Shown one piece after another: positions 27,214 to 36,397 of a stretch of DNA of 64,000 nucleotides. A program made the position numbers and the translations under genes. The stretch lies in IMG/VR virus record IMGVR_UViG_3300037421_000080, positions 42,086 to 106,085 of that record. One strand, given 5' to 3'. The stretch's first letter is position 1, and every line of letters starts with the position of its first letter. The notes beneath the pieces are model-generated. The model was given only the letters and a program-made list of their open reading frames with translations. It had not been told where the DNA came from and made no database searches. This stretch comes from a virus (Duplodnaviria; Heunggongvirae; Uroviricota; Caudoviricetes).

Positions 27214-27390
27214 CTCCCTCAACAAAAAATTAGGCCATGGCTCGACTACTTTCACGGTGATTTGATAAGTGTTGATAAACGTAGATGAAACCACCACGCA
27301 GTTCGTTTGTTCGAAATCGGCACTAAGAACCTCCATCGCTCCGTCAATCAAATCTCCGAGCAGGATATGAGGCTTCGTGAGGCTGACCAT
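27214..27390 (-). CDS. small hypothetical protein (58 aa; below the ORF-track cutoff)
   Basis: ATG 27390. Stop overlaps the SD of the next gene. Manual translation MVSLTKPHILLGDLIDGAMEVL... Confidence 0.3.
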
Positions 27391-27392
27391 AG

Positions 27393-27950
27393 CTACTCCA
27401 ATTCAACAACGCGGCCCACCTCAAGCCCCGCATCCTGCGTGAACAGGATCATCTGTATCTCCTTCGACAACTCCAGGATCATGGCCCGGAGCCGCTTCCT
27501 GTACATTGATCCATGAAGGTGTACGAAGGGTTCGTCCATTGCAAGGAACTGCCTCCGCTTTGGCTTGGCCAGCTTCAGGCACGCGAGTTGCAACGCAAAA
27601 GCAGCCACGCACACTGTCCCGCCGCCTGCCTCGTTCAGTGGATCCTCCAGCACTAGGTCATCCCGCTTGAACGTGAGCACGGCATCGGTCTTGCCTCTCT
27701 TGCGCTCGAACTTGATCTCAAATTGGTAACTCTCGTCCCCGAAGATCGCCTCCAGGCACTTGGTCACGACGGAGGCGATTTGACGATGGGCGCTGGCCTG
27801 GATCGTCTCGGCTACTCGCTGGGCTATCTCTTGGGCGGACAGGATCGCTACGACCTCGTCCTCTGCCTTCTCAAGCGCCTCCTGCTCACGCTGGGCTGTA
27901 CGCTCAGCGAGGCGGAAATCGGCAAGGAAGGAATCAAGAGGGTTGTTCAA
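27393..27950 (-). CDS. SbcC/Rad50-like ATPase, C-terminal half (coiled coil + signature + Walker B/D-loop)
   Basis: AGGGTVCVAAFALQLACL (degenerate signature, SGG..ALAL.LA) followed by QFLAMDEPF (Walker B). Coiled-coil N-terminus. Confidence 0.55.
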   Translation of the reverse strand: MNNPLDSFLADFRLAERTAQREQEALEKAEDEVVAILSAQEIAQRVAETIQASAHRQIASVVTKCLEAIFGDESYQFEIKFERKRGKTDAVLTFKRDDLVLEDPLNEAGGGTVCVAAFALQLACLKLAKPKRRQFLAMDEPFVHLHGSMYRKRLRAMILELSKEIQMILFTQDAGLEVGRVVELE

Positions 27951-28123
27951 GCTTGGTCTCTTCTATTGCTTTGCCAGCCATATAATCAGAAACAGCGACC
28001 CACGCGGCGACCCATCCAGCGGCAAAAGCGTCCGCCAGATCTGGATAGGTGTCCCGTGGAATGTTCATTAGCCACTTATCGTAGGCTTCGGATTCAGTTT
28101 GTGAGGCCATCGAATTCTCCTAG

Positions 28124-28339
28124 TCAGCACGAGCACCTCCACCCGCCATCTACACTATCGTCCTGCACATCCTCACTCCCCTCTTCCGCCACCATTTTGC
28201 CTCTGATGTACTCTGCGGCAGCCTCCCAGCCAGCAGCGAATGCTTCCTTCCTAATGGTGCTGAATTCTTCGTCCCAATATTCTCCTTCTTTTCCAAACCA
28301 CTTCCGGAACGCCTCTTCCCTCGGTGGGAACTTTGTCAT
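28124..28339 (-). CDS. small hypothetical protein
   Basis: 71 aa. Confidence 0.35.
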   Translation of the reverse strand: MTKFPPREEAFRKWFGKEGEYWDEEFSTIRKEAFAAGWEAAAEYIRGKMVAEEGSEDVQDDSVDGGWRCSC

Positions 28340-28348
28340 TTGAATCCT

Positions 28349-28606
28349 CTAATCGGAATCGCCATCATACTCGTTTGGGTAGAATGGCTCGTCGTGCTCT
28401 GGAAAGTTCGGATCGGAGTAATCGTCCCGATGGTACTCCTCGTAGGCGTCCCTGGCCTCCTTCTTCATCCGCTCGCAGCAGTCTGGAGGGTCGCGAACTA
28501 CTCGACCACAATATGGGCAATAGTCTCGCTCATCCAAAGTTATATCAGGCACGGATCTTCTCCTTCCTCTTGGATCTGAAAGCTTGCTCGGCCTTCTGGT
28601 ACTCAC
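28349..28606 (-). CDS. small zinc-ribbon protein with acidic tail
   Basis: 85 aa. CPYCGR..C motif. Confidence 0.4.
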   Translation of the reverse strand: MSTRRPSKLSDPRGRRRSVPDITLDERDYCPYCGRVVRDPPDCCERMKKEARDAYEEYHRDDYSDPNFPEHDEPFYPNEYDGDSD

Positions 28607-28796
28607 GCTCCAGCTTCTCTTCTTCTTTCTCCAGCTTCTTGTCCAGCTTCTCCGCTGCTTGGAGGTCGGGGCAGTTGAACGTCTCCTTCAATCGAGCAGC
28701 GATCTGGTTGAGCGAGCCCTGGGCCTGGTCCGCCTGCCGCCGCTCCTCCTCCACTTCCTCCTTGAGGCGGAGGAAGGTTTTGGGATCAAGAGGCAT
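28545..28796 (-). CDS. small coiled-coil protein
   Basis: 83 aa. Overlaps the previous gene by about 60 nt, so the start is uncertain. Confidence 0.3.
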   Translation of the reverse strand: MPLDPKTFLRLKEEVEEERRQADQAQGSLNQIAARLKETFNCPDLQAAEKLDKKLEKEEEKLEREYQKAEQAFRSKRKEKIRA

Positions 28797-28896
28797 TTTT
28801 CTTGAGTTTCATACCAGTTGGCCCACACTCCGTTCAGGGATTCGAGAAAGTGGAGGATCGGCTCGTCGGGGATGTCCTTGCATTGGATCGTTTTCT

Positions 28897-29811
28897 TCAC
28901 TTGTCCATGTTCCTTATAACGATCTCCCGGACCCTCTGCGGCACGCCCACCAAGGCTCGTTCCATCGCCTCTCGGAAGTCCAGTACCACGTCCGACAGAC
29001 TCCCCAGCTCCTCGATGAAATCATCCATGCCGGGGGAGGATTCCGGCATCAGCTCTTCCTTCTTGATGAGGATGTCTTTGGAGCAATCCAACTTGTATCT
29101 ACTTATGCTATTATCGGGATGGATAAGCCCCACGCTAGGCTCGTGCTTGTCCTGGTCGGAGCGCCGTCTCATAAGCGATCCGTTATTCCAGATCGTGGCC
29201 CCGCTCCTCAATCTCTGGCTAAAATGGATGTGATTGTCTCCGAATAGAAGCACATCGTACCCCTTGAATTTTTCCAGGCAGTTCTGGAGATTCTGGTCTT
29301 CGCTGGCGTCCTTGTGGTTTGTTCCGACAGTCCAGAGATAGCTGTGGACGACCGCGATCTCCATGACGGCATGGCTGCGATTCTTGAGGGGCGTGATTGG
29401 GAAACCGAACGGGAAGGCGTGAAGGCGGAGCACTCTGCCTCCCTTGGCGGGAACCTCAATGGGCTTGCCGGGGCGGAGGTGGTGGAGAACTCCAGCTTCT
29501 ACTAAGGTCCAGTAGGCGGATCGTTTGAGATCCTTGTAAGAATGGTTGGGCATCTCGTGGTTGCCACAGATGGAATAAGCTTCGGGAAGGTTCTTGATCG
29601 TCCAGTTGATCGTCTCAGCGGGGGTGTTGTATCTATCAAAAACGTCCCCTGCGATCAAGAGATGGCAATCGTGCTCTTGCTTCAGTTTAGCTAGCTCCAG
29701 CAGCGGCCGCTTCATTGCTTCCTGCCAATCGGGCTCCTCCGATCGGGCGATGGGGGGCCTCTGGCAGATGTGCAGGTCGGCGCAGGAAATGGCAAGAATT
29801 TCTTCACTCAT
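28897..29811 (-). CDS. sbcD: SbcD/Mre11-like metallophosphoesterase nuclease
   Basis: Calcineurin-like motifs CADLH (I), AGDVFD (II), GNHE (III), GDNH (V). Confidence 0.75.
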   Translation of the reverse strand: MSEEILAISCADLHICQRPPIARSEEPDWQEAMKRPLLELAKLKQEHDCHLLIAGDVFDRYNTPAETINWTIKNLPEAYSICGNHEMPNHSYKDLKRSAYWTLVEAGVLHHLRPGKPIEVPAKGGRVLRLHAFPFGFPITPLKNRSHAVMEIAVVHSYLWTVGTNHKDASEDQNLQNCLEKFKGYDVLLFGDNHIHFSQRLRSGATIWNNGSLMRRRSDQDKHEPSVGLIHPDNSISRYKLDCSKDILIKKEELMPESSPGMDDFIEELGSLSDVVLDFREAMERALVGVPQRVREIVIRNMDK

Positions 29812-30140
29812 GGATCTTCTGGGTCTATATGGAAGTCAGGTCTAACTACCAGGGGCATTATCCTAGCCCATTTCTTCCTGTCTGCTTTGTGCTTCTCTTG
29901 CAGCTCCGTCAGCGACGTTCCGAGGACTCTCGCAGCGTTCATCATCGCCTCCGCCCAAGTTGTCTCATTACTGGAGTCTTCGCACAAAGCAGCGATGCTG
30001 GCGGCAAGGGCGATATTGGCCTTTTCCAGACCAATGGCACATTCAATGAATTCAATCATATCAATTCTTGGAATCAGCATTAAGGCTCCTGTTAAGCCTT
30101 TTGCTTTTTCCAGGCAGTCTTCAAAACTGGGGATAGTCAT
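29808..30140 (-). CDS. hypothetical protein
   Basis: 110 aa, ATGA-coupled. Confidence 0.45.
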   Translation of the reverse strand: MTIPSFEDCLEKAKGLTGALMLIPRIDMIEFIECAIGLEKANIALAASIAALCEDSSNETTWAEAMMNAARVLGTSLTELQEKHKADRKKWARIMPLVVRPDFHIDPEDP

Positions 30141-30448
30141 AGGTCTAATTCCTTGAGCAGATTATGGACTTCCTCCCAAGTCCTGTTTGGATCGTCGTTC
30201 CATAGGACAAGATGATAAGAATAACTCAGATGGTTCATAATTCGAAGAACTGCCTCCTGCCTCTCTTTAGTCGAAAGCCCATAGCAGTAACTCAGCGCCG
30301 CTGTAAGACAATAAGAATAGGGAGAGTCAGATGAGTTGCAAGTGAGTTCTCCTGTCTTTGTCCTAGCGTTTGTGAATTGCGTCCACTTCTCCGGCTTGTC
30401 TAGCAGTTCCCATGCTTTCACTTCATCCTCCCCCCGCAGATCGGGCAT
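30137..30448 (-). CDS. hypothetical protein
   Basis: Start moved to the internal ATG 30448 to limit overlap with the upstream gene. Confidence 0.4.
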   Translation of the reverse strand: MPDLRGEDEVKAWELLDKPEKWTQFTNARTKTGELTCNSSDSPYSYCLTAALSYCYGLSTKERQEAVLRIMNHLSYSYHLVLWNDDPNRTWEEVHNLLKELDL

Positions 30449-31311
30449 AGTCCGCCGGATTTCTCCTTCAATTCTTTCTCTAGCCCTTCTGCCTCCTGCT
30501 TCCGTGTTAGTATCTCCGTGCTGCATTTATCCCAATATCCCATCAGACTATTCAGTTCATCCCGCTGCCTCCGTACGGCGATTAGCTTCTCCCCTGCCTC
30601 CACCGCTGCTCTACCCAGCTCTCCTATCTCGGCGGCGTCCTCTAGCGTCTCCTTGGCCTTTCTAGCTTGTTCCAATATCCTAGCTAGCTCTTCCCGCCTC
30701 GACGAGCAATCCCGCCACTCCTGTTCCTTCTCCTCCACCTCCTGCCAGTCCCTCTCCGCCTCCAGCACCCAGGCTAGCTCCTCTTTCTGCTTCTCCGCTG
30801 CTTTCAATCTGGACTCAGAGACACTGACGACCGACCGGGCCTGCCTTAGCTCGGAAGCCAGATTCGCCAGGGTAGAGTCGATCAGGGACAGGTTGACGAT
30901 GGCATTAAGCTGGCGGGAGACCTCTCCGGCTGTGTCGCTGAAAAAAAAGCTGGAGGCGTGTTGAGACTGGAAGTTGCCCTCATCGACGTTCAGGAAGTTG
31001 GCTATCTCCTCTGGCACATCCTGCCCAAAAGCTGAAAACGACTTCTCACCGATGTTATAGAGGTTCGCCCCCTTGCCCCGTTCCCTTGTCACCCATTTGC
31101 CATCCGCCTTGAGGGATACGGAGCAGTCCTTGGAGCCCTTGCGGATGAAGGAGTCGCCGGTGGGACGGTTGAGGCATACCCATCGGATAGCACGGAAGAT
31201 GGAACTTTTTCCCCGATCTGACGATCCCGATATGACTGAGATATTTGGATCGAGGGTAAGCTCAAACTTTTTATGCTTCTGGAAGTCTTCGAGGATGAGC
31301 TTCTCGATCAC
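30418..31311 (-). CDS. SbcC/Rad50-like ATPase, N-terminal half (Walker A + coiled coil ending in CxxC zinc hook)
   Basis: ISGSSDRGKSSIFRAIRW (Walker A). Long coiled coil. Terminates ...GGLCPICGGRMK (hook CPIC). Confidence 0.6.
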   Translation of the reverse strand: MIEKLILEDFQKHKKFELTLDPNISVISGSSDRGKSSIFRAIRWVCLNRPTGDSFIRKGSKDCSVSLKADGKWVTRERGKGANLYNIGEKSFSAFGQDVPEEIANFLNVDEGNFQSQHASSFFFSDTAGEVSRQLNAIVNLSLIDSTLANLASELRQARSVVSVSESRLKAAEKQKEELAWVLEAERDWQEVEEKEQEWRDCSSRREELARILEQARKAKETLEDAAEIGELGRAAVEAGEKLIAVRRQRDELNSLMGYWDKCSTEILTRKQEAEGLEKELKEKSGGLCPICGGRMK

Positions 31312-32687
31312 TTGCTTCCCTTGTTTAGCATGGGACTGGGAACTAATAGGGTTGGCATTGGGCCAGTGCCGCCCCCAGTGAAGTACGACTGGGGCAGCTT
31401 CCCATCCCAGGACTTGAGTCGATTCATCTCCAGGTCGATCTGCTTGAGGGTCAGATAGAAGTCCCTGTCCTTGGCGGCACGCTCTAGCTCGTAAGCCTTC
31501 GCCTCGGCAATCAGCTTGATTCCGTCCGCCTCTGCCTTCTTGGTCTTGAGGATAGCATCGGCCTTGCCCTGAGCCTCCAGGATCACCGTTTTGTTCCTCT
31601 CCACCTGAGCATTGGTCCCAGCGATGGCCACGGACTTCTCCTGCTCCGCGTTAAACACCTTGACCATCGTGTCGATGATGGACTTGTCCTTGTAGACAAA
31701 GCCGCCTGTGATGCCGAGGTTGGTTATCATCAGACCTCGCTCTTTGAAGAAGTCGCTCACAGCCTTGGTGGTCTTGTTGATGTGCGGTGTGGCATTCTTT
31801 CGCAGCTCGTCCATCGGCAGGTCAGTGACTTCTAATCCGAACACCGCTTGCAGCTTTGACCGGACCTCTGAGTCCATCACCTTCTCAAGAGAGCCATTGG
31901 GGTAGTTGTGCAGGAACTTCACGGCATCGTCCCGATTCGCTATGCGGGCAGTAATCGTCCAGCCGGTAGAGAACTCTACCTGGTCGGAAGTCATCACCCA
32001 GACAGCCTCGTTTTTGTTCGATGTACCTGTGTTTGGATCGGCAGTCCACTCCCTAGTAACCGGGGACTTGTCCACCTTGATGAGCAGGGCAGCATCCCGC
32101 CATTCCCCGTTGTTGCTAGACCGTCCTAGCTGGACCCATTGCTGGGGGAGCTGGACTTGCTTTGTGTAGACGAGGTTCGCCTTGAGGTACTCCTCATTGC
32201 TGCTGGTCGTCTGCTTTTTGCCGTCCCCGGTGAGGGGCAGCATGAAGGCTTCCTCGTTTGACTTGATGGTCTCCAGTTTTACTGGCTCGAACGGCTTCAC
32301 GCAGCCAGTCCCGGACAGGGGCAGAAGGCCAACGAGGACGAACAACGCGAGTTTCTTGGCCATGTTTCTGATGTCCCCCAGAAAAACGAAGAAGCACATG
32401 AGTGCGACGATACCCCACCCGGTAAGATACAGGTAATTGATCGTTAGATGCTCTCTCATCTGATCTCGCTGAGCAGCTACGCCCTTGCTCTCATCTAGCT
32501 GTTGCAAGGATCTCTCCGTCCTGTCCACTTGCTGGTCCTGCAAGTACAGGAGAGAGCCAACGGCATAGCCTGCGACCAGCACTATGCAGATAACGAACTT
32601 CTGCCAGTTTTCTACGAAGTAGATCATTGTTCCACCATCTTTCTGACTTGATTCAAAGCACAGTACCAGCCAACTGGCACGTTGCAA
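31308..32687 (-). CDS. SPFH/Band-7 domain membrane protein (possibly an N-terminal TM protein + lipoprotein fused in one ORF)
   Basis: Internal signal-peptide-like MAKKLALFVLVGLLPLSGTGC. C-terminal HflK/C-like A/E/K-rich helix. Confidence 0.5.
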   Translation of the reverse strand: MQRASWLVLCFESSQKDGGTMIYFVENWQKFVICIVLVAGYAVGSLLYLQDQQVDRTERSLQQLDESKGVAAQRDQMREHLTINYLYLTGWGIVALMCFFVFLGDIRNMAKKLALFVLVGLLPLSGTGCVKPFEPVKLETIKSNEEAFMLPLTGDGKKQTTSSNEEYLKANLVYTKQVQLPQQWVQLGRSSNNGEWRDAALLIKVDKSPVTREWTADPNTGTSNKNEAVWVMTSDQVEFSTGWTITARIANRDDAVKFLHNYPNGSLEKVMDSEVRSKLQAVFGLEVTDLPMDELRKNATPHINKTTKAVSDFFKERGLMITNLGITGGFVYKDKSIIDTMVKVFNAEQEKSVAIAGTNAQVERNKTVILEAQGKADAILKTKKAEADGIKLIAEAKAYELERAAKDRDFYLTLKQIDLEMNRLKSWDGKLPQSYFTGGGTGPMPTLLVPSPMLNKGSK

Positions 32688-32824
32688 TTCTCATCCTGAG
32701 CAAACTTGGAGTCATCTATGCCTTTTACTATCGTCCGCACCAGACGCTTCAGCTCGCAGTGCTCTCGCCAGAGATTATCCACTTGGCTGCCGTGGTTGGG
32801 GTAGGATCCGCTAATCTGGGCCAT
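32624..32824 (-). CDS. small hypothetical protein
   Basis: 66 aa. Confidence 0.35.
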   Translation of the reverse strand: MAQISGSYPNHGSQVDNLWREHCELKRLVRTIVKGIDDSKFAQDENCNVPVGWYCALNQVRKMVEQ

Positions 32825-33458
32825 CGAACTTTGCCTTTATCCATTCAGGATCTACGATTCTCAAAAATTCGGATAGAGGGAAAACAAGCAAGTCCTCGTT
32901 AGTTCTTTCGAGGAAGGCATAGGCAGCATCTATCTCGCCATCCAAATCCTCATACTCGTCACAAGGAAGCTGGCTAAATTCCTTCCAAGGCGTTATCGCT
33001 AGCGCTTCCCTTCGGTCCCTCTGGATTATCAGTAGCCAGGAAATCGACTTTGCAATAACAGCTTCCTTGGCGATCTTCTCGATCCACTTCTCGTACTGTT
33101 GCTTCTTACCACGCTTTGGTTTGTCTAGGATGTCCTGGATCGTGCAGCGGGAGTACCCTCTCTTGATTTCCACCGTGAACGCCTTGAGGAAGGGGATACC
33201 GATAGGGTCTACAGCGCATAGATCGCCTATCTGGTTGAATGTCTGCTGGTCATTCTTGCGGCGGGAGGTGGCCCTACCTCCCGATTGAGAAGTACGCCAG
33301 AAGATGTCGTCTCTTGGCACATCGAGATCCTGGGTCCACCACAGACTGAGGGTTTTGGCGAGCCGTCTCTCGAAGTCTGCTCCCTTGCTGGCTTTCAAAC
33401 TTTTCCCCTCTCGATGGCCTGAGTGGTGATTAACTCTACGTGGTGGATCTTCTCCCAA
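32811..33458 (-). CDS. PD-(D/E)XK-type nuclease (Holliday-junction-resolvase/VRR-NUC-like candidate)
   Basis: GD...(17)...EIK motif (IGDLCAVDPIG..FTVEIKRGY). Confidence 0.35.
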   Translation of the reverse strand: MGEDPPRRVNHHSGHREGKSLKASKGADFERRLAKTLSLWWTQDLDVPRDDIFWRTSQSGGRATSRRKNDQQTFNQIGDLCAVDPIGIPFLKAFTVEIKRGYSRCTIQDILDKPKRGKKQQYEKWIEKIAKEAVIAKSISWLLIIQRDRREALAITPWKEFSQLPCDEYEDLDGEIDAAYAFLERTNEDLLVFPLSEFLRIVDPEWIKAKFDGPD

Positions 33459-33613
33459 TCAAAACTTGGCCCGCTGATCCAATTTGTAGGGGCATACCAG
33501 CGAAGCCCCTTTTCATTGCTTCCTACGGCGCAGACCGAGAGGTCTTCCGGGTCTTCTGACCAGTAAATCCGGTACAGCCCGTGTTTGACACGTTCTATCT
33601 CATCCTTGTTCAT
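33395..33613 (-). CDS. small hypothetical protein
   Basis: 72 aa. Confidence 0.35.
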   Translation of the reverse strand: MNKDEIERVKHGLYRIYWSEDPEDLSVCAVGSNEKGLRWYAPTNWISGPSFDWEKIHHVELITTQAIERGKV

Positions 33614-33792
33614 TCAAATATCTCCATAACGAGCCAGGATCCAAACAGAGCGGCGATGATCGAGGGAATGACTATCGCCAGGCCCCAACCGGTGCCGAAC
33701 TTCTTGTCAATCTCTTCCACATGTCTACCGATGAAGAAGCCAATGATTGCCATCGCTACAGTCAGAACCCCAGTGGAGAAGAGAGGCTTCAC
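33610..33792 (-). CDS. small two-TM membrane protein (holin-like topology)
   Basis: 60 aa, two hydrophobic segments. Confidence 0.4.
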   Translation of the reverse strand: MKPLFSTGVLTVAMAIIGFFIGRHVEEIDKKFGTGWGLAIVIPSIIAALFGSWLVMEIFE

Positions 33793-34109
33793 TTCTTCTC
33801 CTCTGCCTCCAGGCGAGCCAGCTCCAGATGAAGATCCTTGATCCGGTCCTTCCGCCTCTTCAGCTTCGCTACTTCCTGGTGGGCTTTCAAATCGGCCAGT
33901 GAGGATGGAGCGTAATAGCCATCTGGCTTCCCTTGCTTTGGCTCAGGAGGCATACTCTCCCAGGGGATATCCAATTGTTCCACTTCATAGCCTAGCAACT
34001 TCAGGGCAGCAGCGATGTGTCTGTAATCAGTCAGCTTGCCGAGAAGCTTGTCACCTTGATAGATCGCGGTGTTGGCATAGAAACTGACCAAGGTGATCTT
34101 GGGGTTCAT
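33789..34109 (-). CDS. hypothetical protein
   Basis: 106 aa, ATGA-coupled. Confidence 0.45.
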   Translation of the reverse strand: MNPKITLVSFYANTAIYQGDKLLGKLTDYRHIAAALKLLGYEVEQLDIPWESMPPEPKQGKPDGYYAPSSLADLKAHQEVAKLKRRKDRIKDLHLELARLEAEEKK

Positions 34110-34588
34110 GAATCCTCCCCCAGCAGCTCTACTGTGTTCTCAAATATACGGATTATCTGAGGGCTCAGCTTGAACCGATCCCTGTTCAATTCAATGCTCT
34201 TACGGATGTTCCCGTCGTGGTGCCTCTTCGATGCAGCGGCCCAATCCGCGAACATCTCCAGCAGATCAATGAGGTTCATCTCATCCACCCCCTCCTTGAA
34301 ATGCTCTGGGTGGTGTCGATTGTGGGCGTAGTGATGCGCTAAGGCCGGAGCCATCGCCTTCTTGAATCCCTCATACTCGGGACTACCATAGGTCGAGGTT
34401 TGCAGCTTCGGGGTGTACTCCGTGAAAGCAGCCACTTCGGGAGGGGCCATCTTGGACTGATCGTGCCTCTCGCATCGGTTAAGCAGTTCCTTGATGAATC
34501 CATAGAGGAACTTCTGCACTGTTTGGATGTGTCTCATGGTCTCATAGTTAGTCGCTCGTTGCTCTAGGCTATCGTTGAATCGGCTCAT
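34106..34588 (-). CDS. hypothetical His-rich protein (HD..K / H..H.NRHHPEH motifs)
   Basis: 160 aa, conserved-looking His cluster. Confidence 0.45.
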   Translation of the reverse strand: MSRFNDSLEQRATNYETMRHIQTVQKFLYGFIKELLNRCERHDQSKMAPPEVAAFTEYTPKLQTSTYGSPEYEGFKKAMAPALAHHYAHNRHHPEHFKEGVDEMNLIDLLEMFADWAAASKRHHDGNIRKSIELNRDRFKLSPQIIRIFENTVELLGEDS

Positions 34589-35688
34589 TATTCACCATAC
34601 CTGTTCTTTCGATCTATTGAACATGCCTCTTCGATCTCGTCCCACACACCTTTTACTATCACCTTGAGCTCGTCCTCTCGACCCTCCTTCTCTATCTTCC
34701 TAGCCAGGCCGTCGATGCTGCCCTCCCATTTGAACTCGGGAGCCTTGATCTTGAGATTATCATCCTTGCTGCCCTCCTCGCCTTTGCTGCTGGGCCAATG
34801 CTTCTCCTCGACTAGCCAGTGGATACTGGTGCCGGTGTTGTCTATCCCATGATTCGGATAGAACCGGATGTCCACAGTTCTGTCCCTACCGAACAGCCTG
34901 GTCTTCTTCACGTGAACCCGAACAACCGAACCAACTACCCTCTTCTTCCCCATGGCCGACTTCTTAATTTTCCATGCCACGGAGAACCAGCATTCGACCA
35001 CGGCGAAGAAGGTCAGGGATCTCCCCCCGTTGCGAGTCTTGGGGTTGAATTGGGATCCAAAGCCAATGTTGTCCCTCGTCTGTTTAATCATCACAAGGAT
35101 ACTGCCGGGGCCTTCTAGGGCATTGTAGCTGGATCTCAGCCTCTGGGAGTTCTCCTTCGCTTTCCCAGCCCCGCCATAGCTTCCTTTCACCTTGCCATCT
35201 TCCTGCATTCTGGCCTTCTTGTTGCTCCTGGTCTTCCTGTCCTCGTTCTCGTCGCTGAGAGCGTCCTCGCTATCCAGCACTTCTATAAACGGCTTACCTT
35301 CGTCGGCCAAGTCTATGATGTGATCATAGAATTCTTGGATGGTCTTGGAGGAGCCTCCCTTCGGTTCTTGCAAGCGATCAGCCAAGCCCCCGAAGAACTT
35401 TCGTATGCTCATGCGAGCACCGCGTTCTGGGTTGTTGTGAATCAACTTATGCTTGGAGAAGGAGGGATTGATCGCGGCTTCTGCTAAAAGCTGGAGTGCT
35501 ATCCACGTTTTCAGCGATTGTGAGTCACCTACCATCAACATATAATCTTTTTTGCTTATGCACCAATCCGGATCCCCCGAGCATGCTAGATTGAACATCC
35601 AAACCCCGCTAGACAGACGGTCAGAGTCCACCTTCTTCTTCCTGGGCATCGCCTTGAGCTGGGCCTTCATCGCTTCGAGTTCGTTCAT
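34588..35688 (-). CDS. RecA-family recombinase-like protein (Sak4/UvsX-like, degenerate Walker A)
   Basis: MLMVGDSQSLKTWIALQLLAEAA (P-loop-like), FIEVLDSEDAL (Walker B-like), GSILVMIKQTRDNIGFGSQFNPKTRNGG..LTFFAVVECWF (RecA L2/strand-like). Confidence 0.4.
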   Translation of the reverse strand: MNELEAMKAQLKAMPRKKKVDSDRLSSGVWMFNLACSGDPDWCISKKDYMLMVGDSQSLKTWIALQLLAEAAINPSFSKHKLIHNNPERGARMSIRKFFGGLADRLQEPKGGSSKTIQEFYDHIIDLADEGKPFIEVLDSEDALSDENEDRKTRSNKKARMQEDGKVKGSYGGAGKAKENSQRLRSSYNALEGPGSILVMIKQTRDNIGFGSQFNPKTRNGGRSLTFFAVVECWFSVAWKIKKSAMGKKRVVGSVVRVHVKKTRLFGRDRTVDIRFYPNHGIDNTGTSIHWLVEEKHWPSSKGEEGSKDDNLKIKAPEFKWEGSIDGLARKIEKEGREDELKVIVKGVWDEIEEACSIDRKNRYGE

Positions 35689-35900
35689 GCTTCAATCTCG
35701 ATCTTCCCGTCTTTATCAGGAGCTGGGATAGGCCCCCAGCGCTCTCCTGTCCATTCCTCTCTGTACTCTGGGATTTCAGAACTGCCTGTATAAACACACT
35801 GGAACCCGTCATCAAAATAGATTACAAATGAATGTCCAGCGGGATTTTCCCTCCACCAGTACCAGCCCGGCTTCGTGGGGAATTCTTTGGTCCAGTTCAT
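35685..35900 (-). CDS. small hypothetical protein (PGWYWW motif)
   Basis: Start set at ATG 35900 (ATGA overlap with the upstream gene). Confidence 0.4.
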   Translation of the reverse strand: MNWTKEFPTKPGWYWWRENPAGHSFVIYFDDGFQCVYTGSSEIPEYREEWTGERWGPIPAPDKDGKIEIEA

Positions 35901-36100
35901 ACCCTTCTCCTCCCTGCCTGATACTCTCTGCATCCATCCTCTCTCTTCTTCCTCTCTTCCTCGGGGTCCCGCACGAACAGCCACTTTCCATTCACGAACA
36001 CTACGGGCACTAGCTTCATGTTGACTATCCGAGCGGATTTCAGGGCGGGCGATAGATGGTTGAACTCAGCTTGAGTCATCTCGATGGAATCGGTCGGCAT
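35897..36100 (-). CDS. small hypothetical protein
   Basis: 67 aa. Confidence 0.35.
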   Translation of the reverse strand: MPTDSIEMTQAEFNHLSPALKSARIVNMKLVPVVFVNGKWLFVRDPEEERKKREDGCREYQAGRRRV

Positions 36101-36250
36101 GCTACACTCCTTTGTAAAGATAAGACTGGCAGTACCCCGATTACAGCTGCCGCTTGTATCCGTCGCATGCTAGCTTGACCGGACCATGCAAGAGCTGGGC
36201 TCGGGACTGCCTTCTCGTGAGTCGGAATACATCCGATAGACTGCCAGCCA

Positions 36251-36321
36251 AGGCCCCCAGAAGGATTTGAACCCTCGCATCCTGGATACAAGCCAGGCGC
36301 TCTACCTCTGAGCTATAGGGG
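36251..36321 (-). tRNA. tRNA-Thr (anticodon UGU)
   Basis: Manual fold. Acceptor GCCCCUA/UGGGGGC 7 bp, D-arm GCUC-AGAGGUA-GAGC, anticodon arm CCUGG-CUUGUAU-CCAGG, variable AUGC, T-arm GAGGG-UUCAAAU-CCUUC, discriminator C. CCA not encoded. Confidence 0.8.
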
Positions 36322-36397
36322 CAAACAGCGGAGGCTAGTAACCAGCCGCCCCCGCTGAGTCCTGTACAGACACAATCTGAACAGAGACCGGTTCGTA

